DNA from: Chloroflexota bacterium
Lineage (GTDB): Bacteria > Chloroflexota > Limnocylindria > Limnocylindrales > CSP1-4
DNA length: 60,723 nt
NCBI GenBank assembly: GCA_003171035.1
Contig: PMXR01000052.1
Coordinates: forward strand, 1-60,723
Direction of reading: 5' to 3'
How positions within the stretch are numbered: the stretch's first letter is position 1; each line of letters begins with the position of its first letter. The translations under genes and the position numbers were made by a program. This document shows, in pieces, positions 19,953 to 29,325 of this stretch. The notes under the pieces were generated by a model, which worked only from the letters and a program-made list of their open reading frames with translations, did no database searches and was not told where the DNA came from.

Positions 19953-21089
19953 CTATCGTCTGATTCGTGATCTCGCCACGCGCCACAGCCATCGCAGGGG
20001 ACGGCAGCGGGACAACAGATGGCGTAACGCCATCGCCAGCTGTTTGGGGCTGCTGCGCCTCAGCGCGAACGGAACCACTGCTATCAGGCTGGCTCGTTCG
20101 CCGAGAGGCGGTTTCATCCCGCCGAAGATGAGCACCAACCGACCAAATCGGTCTACTCGACGCAGCCAGCCGATGAGATCCGCAAGGTCCTCGGGTTCTC
20201 TGAGATGGCCGCCTCCCAGGTAGTACCTCGCCTGCGACTGCTGTTCCTGGCTCGCGTTGGTGGTCGGGGTCGAGAAGAGTAACTCCAGCTTGTTCCATTC
20301 TTTCGCGAGCGCGGGAGACACGCCCCCAACTTCTTCGCGGAGGTGCTCATCCGCTCCCGTGTATTTGTACGCCTCATGAACGAAATGGAAGCTGCAACCC
20401 GCCCAGACACTGTAGAAGAGACATGAGCCGAATGCGTTGGCGGCCGCATGGCGATGTTGCCTGAGAAGATGCGCTAGTCGAAGCAGGAAGTCGGGATCCA
20501 GCCAGTGGCCTGCCGACACCACCCTTAGTCCACGTCTGGCGAATGGCAGGTGATTTCCAAGCTGGATATCCCGCCAGTAACTGATGACCGTGACCGGCTG
20601 CATCCATGACGGCAGGTCGAGCAACTGGTCGGCCAGACGCTCGAAGTCCATTTCCACGGTGAGCCAGTGAGTGGAGTGAGAGGGGAAGAACAAGGTCCCC
20701 TCTCGGGGACCATCGTAGGTGACCAGCTTGTCGGCATAGACAAAAGGGGCAGCGGACGGGATAGGCAGTATTCCGCGCGCTCGGTATGCCGGGATGCGGT
20801 AGGCCGGGTAGACGAGCGCTGCCGGCAGGCGGGATTCAACCTCCCAATCGTGGGCAACGTCACCGTACACGCCGTGAGGAATAATCGCACGTATGGGCGT
20901 TTCCTCAGGCACACTTGCATATCTCTTGAGTATGTGCGCGCCGCCGTAGACATCGTTCTGCCAAAACATCTCGCTCGTCGATAGCGAGCGATCTGCGCAA
21001 AGAGCCTGTAAGTCGGTCTGCTCGGACTCAAACCGCGCGGCCATCGCCTCGTCGTATGGGTTGCCAGTTGGCGCGCGTTGTTTGCTCAC
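19953..21089 (-). CDS. hypothetical protein (378 aa) with basic amphipathic C-terminus
   Basis: A clean long ORF in a lower-G+C stretch with no long competing frame. I recognise no family. Confidence 0.5.
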   Translation of the reverse strand: MSKQRAPTGNPYDEAMAARFESEQTDLQALCADRSLSTSEMFWQNDVYGGAHILKRYASVPEETPIRAIIPHGVYGDVAHDWEVESRLPAALVYPAYRIPAYRARGILPIPSAAPFVYADKLVTYDGPREGTLFFPSHSTHWLTVEMDFERLADQLLDLPSWMQPVTVISYWRDIQLGNHLPFARRGLRVVSAGHWLDPDFLLRLAHLLRQHRHAAANAFGSCLFYSVWAGCSFHFVHEAYKYTGADEHLREEVGGVSPALAKEWNKLELLFSTPTTNASQEQQSQARYYLGGGHLREPEDLADLIGWLRRVDRFGRLVLIFGGMKPPLGERASLIAVVPFALRRSSPKQLAMALRHLLSRCRPLRWLWRVARSRIRR

Positions 21090-21215
21090 ATCTCTCCGCT
21101 CAAGCGATCTGCCCCGAGTCTAGGGACAAGTCTGGATCATGGTACTTGTCCCCGTGGGCCCACGACTCCCAGCGTGGGTCACCGCACACGGTCCTCCCTC
21201 GGGTACCATGTGTCG

Positions 21216-22406
21216 ATGCTGATGCCACCGTGCGTGGTTCTGGCAAAGATGACGAACTCAGAGCGCGCGGAGGTTGCAGGTCGGGACGTGGACCAGACCA
21301 TCGTCATCCCTACGCGAAACGACGCTGTTCGTCTGGCGTCCTGCCTTGGGTCCATCCTGGAGGCGCGCAGCCGCTCCTGGGACTTCGAAGTCCTGGTCAT
21401 GGACAACAGCGACGACGCCCATCGCGAGGCGATCGCTGCTGCTGTGGCGGCGTGCGCTGACGCTCGCGTCCGGCACGTGGCAATGACCGATGTTGGCCTG
21501 ATGGCGGCACGGCATCAGGGTGTTGAGCTGTCGAACGGGGGTATCGTCAGTTTCATCGACCAGGACGAGTTGTTGCTCCCAGCCTGGTTCGAGGGCGTGC
21601 AGGCATGCATGCGAGATCCAAGGGTGGCGCTGGCGACCGGGCCGTTGGTTCCGCGGTACGAGGCCCGACCGCCGGACTGGTTCGAGTACTTCTGGCAGAT
21701 CGACAAGGACGGCAGGCACATGCTGCCGCTGACGTTGTACGACGGCGGAGACGTCGAGCGGGACATCGACCCGCTCTGGGTGTTGGGCGGGAACCTCACG
21801 ATTCGGAGGTCCGTGTTCGATGAGGTGCACGGATCCCATCCGGACTCGATGCCCCCGGAACTGGAGGCGTTCGAGGGTGACGGGGAAACCGGCCTGACGG
21901 TGAAGGTGCGTGCTGCGGGCTACCGCGCCAGGTATTCGCCCGATTGCGCCGTGTTGCACGCCGTCCCGCCATCCAGGATGACGCTGGACCATATGCAACG
22001 CAGGGCACGATACGACGGGCGTGTCGCATCTTTCACTGACGCGCGACGCGAGAACGGGATGGGCCCAAGCCAGGGCGTGCCTGAGATACCCGACGTGGCG
22101 GTCGCTGCCCAACGGCCGCTGCCCAGGCGCGCGGCGGAGTTTGCCGCCCGCCGGCTGCGTGCAGTGGTTGCGCCCCGGTCGCCACGGCCCCTACCTACCT
22201 TGGGCCCCAAGATGGTTGCCCAGGACGTGAGGCGGCAGATGGCTCAAGCCAGTCGGGATGGCTACGAGTCTCAGCGCGAACTGCTGGCAGTGGTGCCCGG
22301 TCTTCGTGACTACGTCTGCCGGCCGGACTTCCTCGGCGTCAACGCCGCCCTGCCGGCAGATAGCCTGGACGGCTTCAAAGAGCATAGGGCGCGACAGACA
22401 CCTTGA
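21216..22406 (+). CDS. glycosyltransferase family 2 with C-terminal extension (start uncertain: 21216 or 21249)
   Basis: Contains IVIPTRNDAVRLASCLGSIL...VLVMDNSDD and FIDQDELL (DxD). ORF-track start 21078 would overlap the divergent gene. Confidence 0.7.
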   Translation: MLMPPCVVLAKMTNSERAEVAGRDVDQTIVIPTRNDAVRLASCLGSILEARSRSWDFEVLVMDNSDDAHREAIAAAVAACADARVRHVAMTDVGLMAARHQGVELSNGGIVSFIDQDELLLPAWFEGVQACMRDPRVALATGPLVPRYEARPPDWFEYFWQIDKDGRHMLPLTLYDGGDVERDIDPLWVLGGNLTIRRSVFDEVHGSHPDSMPPELEAFEGDGETGLTVKVRAAGYRARYSPDCAVLHAVPPSRMTLDHMQRRARYDGRVASFTDARRENGMGPSQGVPEIPDVAVAAQRPLPRRAAEFAARRLRAVVAPRSPRPLPTLGPKMVAQDVRRQMAQASRDGYESQRELLAVVPGLRDYVCRPDFLGVNAALPADSLDGFKEHRARQTP

Positions 22407-22481
22407 GCGGTCAATGATCCCTTCGCCTACTATGGCGCGGATCGCTGGCTCAGATGACTGGCAACCTGGGAAGGAAGACAA

Positions 22482-23387
22482 GTGACCCGACTCTATATGG
22501 CCGGATGTGGCGGCATGTTGGGCCAGGCGTTCTTCGAGGAGTTCAGAGGAGATACGGATGTTCGGTGCACCGACATCGACGTCAACGAGGACTGGCTGGA
22601 GTACCTCGACTTCCGCGACTTCGACGCCTACAGGAAAGATGTGCTGGCGTTCTCGCCAGACTGCCTGTTCCACCTGGGAGCGTTGACGGATCTCGAGTAC
22701 TGCGAGGCTCATCCCGACGAAACCTACGCGACGAATGCGATGGCCGTGGAGAACGCGGTCTACATCGCCAATGAGCTCGACATCCCGCTGCTCTACATCG
22801 GGACGGCGGGGATATTCGACGGCCGGCAGGAGTTGTACGACGACTGGGACGCCGCGAACCCACTCGGCACATACGCGCGAGCGAAGTGGGCCGGCGAGGA
22901 GTTCGTCGCAAAGAATTCGACCAAGTACCTCATCTGCCGAGCCGGCTGGATGATGGGCGGAGGCCCGCGCAAGGACAAGAAGTTCGTCCAGAAGATCATG
23001 CGGCAGCTGCGCGACGGCAGCGTTTCCTTGAACGTAGTCGACGACAAGCTCGGAACTCCGACGTATACGCGCGATTTCGCGCACAACGTTCGCTTGCTTC
23101 TGGAGCGCCGCTGGTGGGGGCTGTACAACATGGTCTGCCAGGGTGCGACCAGCCGGCTCGAGGTGGCCCGGGCGCTGGTGACGGAGCTTGGCCTGGACGA
23201 GGTGGTAGCGATCAATGCCGTCAGTTCGGACTACTTCGCCGACACTTACTTTGCGCCCCGCCCGCCGTCGGAACGACTGCTGAACCGCAAGCTTGCGCTA
23301 CGAGGCCTGGACGTCATGCGCCCGTGGCGGGAAGCGCTGTCGGAATATCTCCGAACCGACTACTCGGGTTACCTGAACCGCCCCTGA
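22482..23387 (+). CDS. RmlD-like NAD(P)-dependent 4-ketoreductase
   Basis: GTG start after GGAAGGA. It begins MAGCGGMLGQAF with a glycine-rich nucleotide loop and contains YARAKW (YxxxK). Length and layout match dTDP-4-dehydrorhamnose reductase-type SDRs. Confidence 0.7.
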   Translation: MTRLYMAGCGGMLGQAFFEEFRGDTDVRCTDIDVNEDWLEYLDFRDFDAYRKDVLAFSPDCLFHLGALTDLEYCEAHPDETYATNAMAVENAVYIANELDIPLLYIGTAGIFDGRQELYDDWDAANPLGTYARAKWAGEEFVAKNSTKYLICRAGWMMGGGPRKDKKFVQKIMRQLRDGSVSLNVVDDKLGTPTYTRDFAHNVRLLLERRWWGLYNMVCQGATSRLEVARALVTELGLDEVVAINAVSSDYFADTYFAPRPPSERLLNRKLALRGLDVMRPWREALSEYLRTDYSGYLNRP

Positions 23388-23506
23388 GCCGAGGTGGCGA
23401 CACGTGCGTCGGCCATCCGATTGGCGTGCGGGTGCAGGTCGCGCGGCGGCGGATGAGATATCTTGGGGACACTGTTTAGCCAGCCACAACCGCGGAGATC
23501 GTCCCC

Positions 23507-24565
23507 GTGACCCACCCTGCCGACCATTCGACCTTGCCCGATGCCATCGCCGGGCGCCGCATCCTCGTGACGGGTGGTTCAGGGACGATCGGGAGCCGTC
23601 TGGTCGACCATCTCCTGGCCCTGGGGCCCGAGGTCGTCAGGATCCTGGGCCGAGACGAAACCAAGCAGTTCTATCAGCGCCAGAAGTATCGGGATCGGAC
23701 GGACGTCCGTTTCCTCATCGGCGACATTCGGGATCGGGACCGAGTCCTGCGAGCGACCGAGGGGATCGACGTCGTGTTCCACTGCGCGGCGCTGAAGCAC
23801 GTCGAATCGGGCGAGTACAACCCGTTCGAGACCGCTTTGACGAACGTCACGGGAACTCAGAACGTAATCGACGCCTGCCTGGCCGCCGATGTGAAGACGA
23901 TGATCCTCACCAGCTCCGACAAGGCAGCCAACCCTACGTCCGTAATGGGCGCCAGCAAGCTCCTCGCCGAGAAACTCGTGACGGCCACCACCAACTACCG
24001 CGGCTCGCATCAGACGGCCTTCGCCAGTGTCCGGTTCGGAAATGTCCTCGGCTCGCGCGGATCGGCCGTGGAGCTCTTCGCGGCACAGGTCGCTGCCGGT
24101 GGTCCGGTGACGGTGACCGACCCGACCATGACGCGCTTCGTGATGAGCACAGACCGCGCCGTGGACCTTGCCCTCGAGGCTGCTCGCGTCGCTCACGGTG
24201 GCGAGGTCTTCGTCTTCAAGATGCCCACCGCCCGGCTGGCCGACATCGTGAGCGCCACGATCGCCGTATTCGCCCCACGTTGCGGCCGGCGCCCCGAAGA
24301 GATCGAGATCGTCAGAATCCCGGTTCGGCCCGGCGAGAAGAGCTACGAGGAGTTGATGACCGAGGACGAGTCACTCCGCGCTCACGATGTCGGCCCGATG
24401 TACGTCGTGCTCCCGTCGATCGACACGCCCCTCGACATTGCCGCCGCCTACGAGCACGTTCCCGCCGCGCCGGTCGGCGGTTATCGTTCCGACGGCGTGG
24501 CGCCGATGGACGGTCCCGAAGTCGAGGCTGTACTGCGCGCCGCCGTTGACGGAGTCCAGCTGTGA
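23507..24565 (+). CDS. UDP-GlcNAc 4,6-dehydratase/5-epimerase of the CapD short form (PseB / CapE / FnlA type)
   Basis: Contains ILVTGGSGTIGS, RFLIGDIRDRDRV, FHCAALKHV, SSDKAANPTSVMGASK, VRFGNVLGSRGS and RPGEK. It carries MxxxK where PseB has YxxxK. Confidence 0.85.
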   Translation: MTHPADHSTLPDAIAGRRILVTGGSGTIGSRLVDHLLALGPEVVRILGRDETKQFYQRQKYRDRTDVRFLIGDIRDRDRVLRATEGIDVVFHCAALKHVESGEYNPFETALTNVTGTQNVIDACLAADVKTMILTSSDKAANPTSVMGASKLLAEKLVTATTNYRGSHQTAFASVRFGNVLGSRGSAVELFAAQVAAGGPVTVTDPTMTRFVMSTDRAVDLALEAARVAHGGEVFVFKMPTARLADIVSATIAVFAPRCGRRPEEIEIVRIPVRPGEKSYEELMTEDESLRAHDVGPMYVVLPSIDTPLDIAAAYEHVPAAPVGGYRSDGVAPMDGPEVEAVLRAAVDGVQL

Positions 24566-25518
24566 GAGTGGTCGTTACTGGTGCCGCAGGCTTCATCGGT
24601 CGCTGGGTCGTGGCCGAGTTGCTCGAGCGCGGCCATACCGTGTTGCCGGTCGACAACCTGAGCCAGGGCGATCGCGGCAACCTGGCCGCCCTTGTCGACC
24701 ATCCGCACCTCGAGCCGTTGGTCGTTGGAGATGTACGCGACGGCGAGGCCTGCAGAGAATGGCTGGCCGGGGCCGACGCGGTCGCTCACCTCGCTGCCTC
24801 GATATCTGTGCAGGACAGCATCGACAATCCGGCCGAGACATTCGACAACGACGTGGTCGGGACATTCCGGATTCTGGAGGCGGCGCGCGAGCACGGCACC
24901 CGGGTCCTATTCATGAGCACGTGCATGGTCTACGACCTAGCAATCGCGCCCGAAGGAATTGCGGAGACTCACCCCGTCAAGCCGGCGTCGCCGTACGCGG
25001 CGTCCAAGGTTGCCGGAGAAGCACTTACCCTGAGCTTCTTCCATGCCTACGGGCTTCCCACCACGGTCGTCCGGCCTTTCAACACGTACGGGCCCTTCCA
25101 GCGTTCTGTCGGCGAGGGCGGCGTGGTCGCGATCTTCACCCGACTCTCACTCCAGGGCGAGCAGCTCCGGATCTATGGCGATGGCACCCAGACCCGCGAC
25201 CTCCTGTACGTCCGCGACTGCGCCCGGTTCGTCTGCGACGCGCTCTTCTCCGACGGCGCGACCGGCAAGATCCTCAACGCCGGCACCGGCGTCGATGTTT
25301 CGGTCAACGAGCTGGCCGCACTCGTCGAAACGGACGCGAGCAAGATCGTCCACGCTCCCCACATCCATCCCCAGAGCGAGATCGCGGTCCTGCGCTGCGA
25401 CGCGCGTCTGGCCGACAAGGTGCTGGGCTGGCGTCCGCAGGTGTCGCTGGCGGAGGGACTCGCTGCCACCCGCGTCTGGATGGCCGAGCGGCTGGCAGCC
25501 GGAGAACGCGTGCCATGA
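24562..25518 (+). CDS. NAD-dependent sugar epimerase/dehydratase (extended SDR)
   Basis: Contains MRVVVTGAAGFIGRWV and YAASK (YxxxK), followed by RPFNTYGP. Overlaps both neighbouring genes. Confidence 0.75.
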   Translation: MRVVVTGAAGFIGRWVVAELLERGHTVLPVDNLSQGDRGNLAALVDHPHLEPLVVGDVRDGEACREWLAGADAVAHLAASISVQDSIDNPAETFDNDVVGTFRILEAAREHGTRVLFMSTCMVYDLAIAPEGIAETHPVKPASPYAASKVAGEALTLSFFHAYGLPTTVVRPFNTYGPFQRSVGEGGVVAIFTRLSLQGEQLRIYGDGTQTRDLLYVRDCARFVCDALFSDGATGKILNAGTGVDVSVNELAALVETDASKIVHAPHIHPQSEIAVLRCDARLADKVLGWRPQVSLAEGLAATRVWMAERLAAGERVP

Positions 25519-26720
25519 CGGCTCGCCTGGCGATCGACGGTGGGACACCTGTCCGGTCGAAGGTTCTGCCATACGCCCACCAGGACATCAACGAAGCGGA
25601 CCTGGCTGCGGTCGCAGACGCGCTGCGCTCGGACTGGCTGACCACCGGCCCGCGAGTCCCCGTTTTCGAGGAGGCGCTCGCAGGGGCGACCGGTGCCAAG
25701 CACGCAGTCGCCTATAGCAGCGGTACGGCGGCTCTGCATGGGGCGATGGCCTCACTTGGACTCCGCCCGGGCGACGAAGTCGTGACCACGCCGATGACGT
25801 TCGCCGCGACGGCAAACGCCGTTCTCTACGTCGGCGCCGAGCCGCGTTTCGCTGACGTTGAGCCGGGATCCATGCTCATCGACCCCAAAGCGGTGGCCAA
25901 TGCAATCACGCCGCGCACGCGGGCAATCGCGGCCGTGGACTACGCCGGCCAGCCGGCCGACTACGACGCTTTGCGCGCCGTGGCGAACGCGGCCCCAGGC
26001 GGCCCTATCCCGATCGTGGCCGACGCCGCGCACTCACTCGGCGCGACATGGCACGATCGGCCGGTCGGAACCCTGGCCGATCTGACGGTCCTCTCGCTCC
26101 ACCCGGCCAAGATCCTCACGACCGGTGAGGGCGGCGCCGTTCTGACCGACGACGACGACCGGGCCGCCTTCTTGCGAAGGTTCCGCAACCACGGCATCGG
26201 CGCGGAACTGGCGGCTCGCCGCGACTGGACCTACGACATGGTCGAGCTCGGCTACAACTACCGCCTCACGGATGTCATGGCGGCTTTGGGAACGAGCCAG
26301 ATGACTCGCCTCGACGAGTTCCTGGCGGCGCGACGCCGCCTCGCCGCTCGCTACACGCAAGCCCTGGCCGGACATTGGGCAGTTGACATCCAAGCGGTCA
26401 ACCCGGCCTCCGATCCCGCATGGCATCTGTTCGTCGTTCTTCTGCGCCTCGACCGGCTCGGAGTCGATCGGGGCGTCGTATACCGTGCCATGAGGGCGGA
26501 AGGGATCGGAGCCAACGTCCACTACATACCGGTCCACCGCCACTCGTTCTATCGGAAGAGATACCCGGAACTCGAGGGCAGCCTGCCCGTGGCCGAGTCG
26601 GCCTACGAGCGGTTGCTTACAATCCCGCTCTTCTCGGCCATGACGGATGGGGACCTCGACGATACCGTCGCCGCGCTGGACAAGGTGACCGAGGCGTACC
26701 GCGCCGGGTGGCGCGGATAG
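25515..26720 (+). CDS. pseC: DegT-family aminotransferase, PseC-like (UDP-4-amino-4,6-dideoxy-N-acetyl-beta-L-altrosamine transaminase)
   Basis: ATG 25515 (ATGA overlap); the upstream part of ORF 24387..26720 is an artefact. Contains YAHQDINEADLAAVADALRSDWLTTGPRVPVFE and SLHPAKILTTGEGG (PLP Lys). Confidence 0.8.
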   Translation: MTARLAIDGGTPVRSKVLPYAHQDINEADLAAVADALRSDWLTTGPRVPVFEEALAGATGAKHAVAYSSGTAALHGAMASLGLRPGDEVVTTPMTFAATANAVLYVGAEPRFADVEPGSMLIDPKAVANAITPRTRAIAAVDYAGQPADYDALRAVANAAPGGPIPIVADAAHSLGATWHDRPVGTLADLTVLSLHPAKILTTGEGGAVLTDDDDRAAFLRRFRNHGIGAELAARRDWTYDMVELGYNYRLTDVMAALGTSQMTRLDEFLAARRRLAARYTQALAGHWAVDIQAVNPASDPAWHLFVVLLRLDRLGVDRGVVYRAMRAEGIGANVHYIPVHRHSFYRKRYPELEGSLPVAESAYERLLTIPLFSAMTDGDLDDTVAALDKVTEAYRAGWRG

Positions 26721-28240
26721 GAGCGCCGGACGGTGGCTCGAAGCCACGCCGGGTGCTCTTCCGGGCCGATGCGTCTGAAGCCATCGGGACGGGACACGTT
26801 GTGCGCTGCCTCGCTCTGGCGGCTGAACTCGAACGCCGCGGCATCGAGCCCTGGTTCGCCACTCGGCGAGCGGTCGGCGATCTCTCGCACCTGATAGCCG
26901 CTCGCGGGTATCAGGTCGTTCGGCTGGAGGGCCCGGCGGCCGACGAGGCAGCCGAGATCCGCAGCAGCTTGCCGCAACAACGGCGGGGGCGTCCCTTCGC
27001 GGCGCTCGTCATGGACCACTACGGCCTGGGTGAGGAGTGGCTAAAGGCAGCCCGGAACCTCGCCACGCTTCGGCTGGTCATCGATGACCTCGCCGATCGA
27101 AGACTTACGTGTGAGGTCGTGGTCAACGCGAATCTTGGAGTCTCGCCCGCCGACTACGCCGACCTCGCCGCACCGGCCACCAGACTGCTGGTGGGTACCC
27201 GTTTCGTCCTCTTGCGTCAGCCGTTCCTGACCGCGCGAAAGGCCGGTCGTCGTCCCGTGGGTGCTGTCGAGAACGTTCTCGTGTCGATGGGCGGCGGCGA
27301 TCCGTTTGGGGCCACAGCGAAGGCGGTTGCGGCGGCGAGGTCGGCACTTCCGGAGGCGCGCATCGTGGTCGTACTGGGCGCCCTCTGCCACGTCGACCCG
27401 GCGTTCGGACCCGAGATTGAAGTCCATCGGGCCATCGAAGCCGAGGCCATGGCCAGTTTGATGTCGGACGCCGACATCGTCATCGGCGCCGGCGGAACGA
27501 CGTCATGGGAACGCTGTGCGCTGGGCCGGCCGTCGGTAATTGTGCGCGTCGCCGACAACCAGAATGCCAACGCCACGGGGCTGGCGGCCGCGGGGGCGGC
27601 CATCGACGGCGGCGCCGCGGGGACACTAGACATTGGCGCGCTGGCCGGGTTGATCGGCGAACTGGCCGCTGACGTTGCGCGGCGCGGCGACATGAGCGAT
27701 CGGGCCTGGGAGCTCATCGATGGCCGGGGCGTGGAACGAGTGGCGAACCAGATCGACGGCGTGCGGGTCCGCAAGGCCGCCTGGTCCGATGGCCGGCTGC
27801 TGTGGAGATGGGCAAACGACCCGGGGACGCGCGCCGCGTCGCTCCACTCCGAGCCGATCCCGTACCCCGAGCATGAGGAGTGGCTCCGTGCACGGCTGGC
27901 AGATCGGTCGTGCCTGTTCTTGATCGGCGAGACCGGCGCAGGCCCCATCGGGCAGGTCAGGTTCGAGGCCCAGGACGACGGCGCGGAAGTGTCGATATCG
28001 GTCGCCCCGGAGCACCGCGGAACTGTCGGCAGCCTTCTCCTGGCCAGTGCCCTGCGCCGGTTCTCGGCCCGGTCGCCCCGAGCGGACGTGATCGCACGGG
28101 TCAAGGTCGACAACGGAGCATCGCGGCGTGTGTTCGAGCAAGCCGGGTTCCGACTCGTCGGCGACAATGGCGGCGTACTGCTGTACCGTTCGCCGGCGTC
28201 GACCCGCACGGCAGTCGCATTGGAAGTGGTAGGCAAATGA
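26708..28240 (+). CDS. fusion of PseG-like UDP-sugar hydrolase and PseH-like GNAT N-acetyltransferase
   Basis: Start is GTG 26708 or GTG 26753. The N-terminal part has RVLFRADASEAIGTGHVVRCLALAAEL (PseG signature, GT-B-like). From about 27761 the C-terminal part is GNAT-like: VRKAAWSDGRLLWRWANDPGTRAAS...EHEEWL. Confidence 0.75.
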   Translation: MARIGAPDGGSKPRRVLFRADASEAIGTGHVVRCLALAAELERRGIEPWFATRRAVGDLSHLIAARGYQVVRLEGPAADEAAEIRSSLPQQRRGRPFAALVMDHYGLGEEWLKAARNLATLRLVIDDLADRRLTCEVVVNANLGVSPADYADLAAPATRLLVGTRFVLLRQPFLTARKAGRRPVGAVENVLVSMGGGDPFGATAKAVAAARSALPEARIVVVLGALCHVDPAFGPEIEVHRAIEAEAMASLMSDADIVIGAGGTTSWERCALGRPSVIVRVADNQNANATGLAAAGAAIDGGAAGTLDIGALAGLIGELAADVARRGDMSDRAWELIDGRGVERVANQIDGVRVRKAAWSDGRLLWRWANDPGTRAASLHSEPIPYPEHEEWLRARLADRSCLFLIGETGAGPIGQVRFEAQDDGAEVSISVAPEHRGTVGSLLLASALRRFSARSPRADVIARVKVDNGASRRVFEQAGFRLVGDNGGVLLYRSPASTRTAVALEVVGK

Positions 28241-29298
28241 GCGACCGAGAGCATGTATTTGTCATCGCCGAGGCGGGCAGCAACTGGCGTATGGGCACCT
28301 CGGAGCGGGACATTCTCATGGCCAGAGCACTGGTCGACGTAGCGGTCGAGGCCGGCGCCGACGCCGTCAAGTTCCAGACATATCGAGCCCGAGACACGTA
28401 TGTCGCCGATGCGGGCGAGAGCGACTACCTCGCGGATGCGGGCATCAAGCGCTCCATAAACGACATCTTCGCCGACCTAGAAATGCCGTACGAGATGCTC
28501 GGGGAGATCGCGGCCCATTGCGAGAAGGCCGGCATCGAATTCATGTCGACGCCGTTCTCGGTTGCGGATGCGGATGCAGTCGATCCGTACGTCAAGCGGC
28601 ACAAGGTGGCCAGCTACGAGATCGACCACGTGCGGTTGCTCCAGTGCCTCGCCGCGACCCGCAAGCCGTTGATCGTCTCGACCGGCGCCGCGACGGAAGG
28701 CGATATCGAGTTCTGCCTCAACATTGCACGCGCCGCCGGGGCCGGAGAAATCACGCTGCTGCAGTGCACTTCCCGCTACCCGGCGCCACCGGACAGCCTG
28801 AACCTGGCGGTGATTCCGTGGCTCCGGCAGCGCTTTGGAGTGGCCGCGGGATTCTCAGACCACAGCCGTGACCCAATCGTGGGGCCCGTAGCGGCCGTGG
28901 CCCTGGGCGCAACGGTCATAGAGAAGCATTTCACGATCGACAACAGGTTGCCCGGTCCAGACCACGCCTTTGCGCTCGAGCCGGAGCAGCTCACGGCGAT
29001 GGTGCGAGCGATTCGAGAGGCCGAGCAGGTGCGCGGTGACGGAGTGAAGGCGGTCGGATCACACGAGACTGAGCTGAAGGGCTTCGCGGTTCGGGCGATC
29101 CAGGCCACGCGCGATCTTGCGCCGGGGGATCTGCTGATGGAGGGCGAGAACTTCGACGTCCTGCGGCCGGGCAAGCGTTCCACGGGGATGCACCCTCGCC
29201 ACCTCGACGCGCTGCAAGGGCGGCGAGTGGCGACTCGGATCAAGGCCGGCGATGGTATTCGCCCGGAGGACGTTACGCCTCCTCTCGACGAGGCCTGA
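28237..29298 (+). CDS. pseI: nonulosonic acid synthase, NeuB family (pseudaminic acid synthase-like)
   Basis: ATG 28237 overlaps the upstream stop (ATGA). Contains FVIAEAGSNWRMG, AGADAVKFQTY, STPFS and FSDHS, plus a C-terminal SAF-like domain. Confidence 0.85.
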   Translation: MSDREHVFVIAEAGSNWRMGTSERDILMARALVDVAVEAGADAVKFQTYRARDTYVADAGESDYLADAGIKRSINDIFADLEMPYEMLGEIAAHCEKAGIEFMSTPFSVADADAVDPYVKRHKVASYEIDHVRLLQCLAATRKPLIVSTGAATEGDIEFCLNIARAAGAGEITLLQCTSRYPAPPDSLNLAVIPWLRQRFGVAAGFSDHSRDPIVGPVAAVALGATVIEKHFTIDNRLPGPDHAFALEPEQLTAMVRAIREAEQVRGDGVKAVGSHETELKGFAVRAIQATRDLAPGDLLMEGENFDVLRPGKRSTGMHPRHLDALQGRRVATRIKAGDGIRPEDVTPPLDEA

Positions 29299-29325
29299 TC
29301 GACGCTCGCACGCGGAGCGCTTGAG

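Noticed and set aside
29301-29321. Short inverted repeat CGCTC-gcacgcg-GAGCG after pseI
   Set aside because: The stem is only 5 bp, so it is not distinguishable from chance in G+C-rich DNA.
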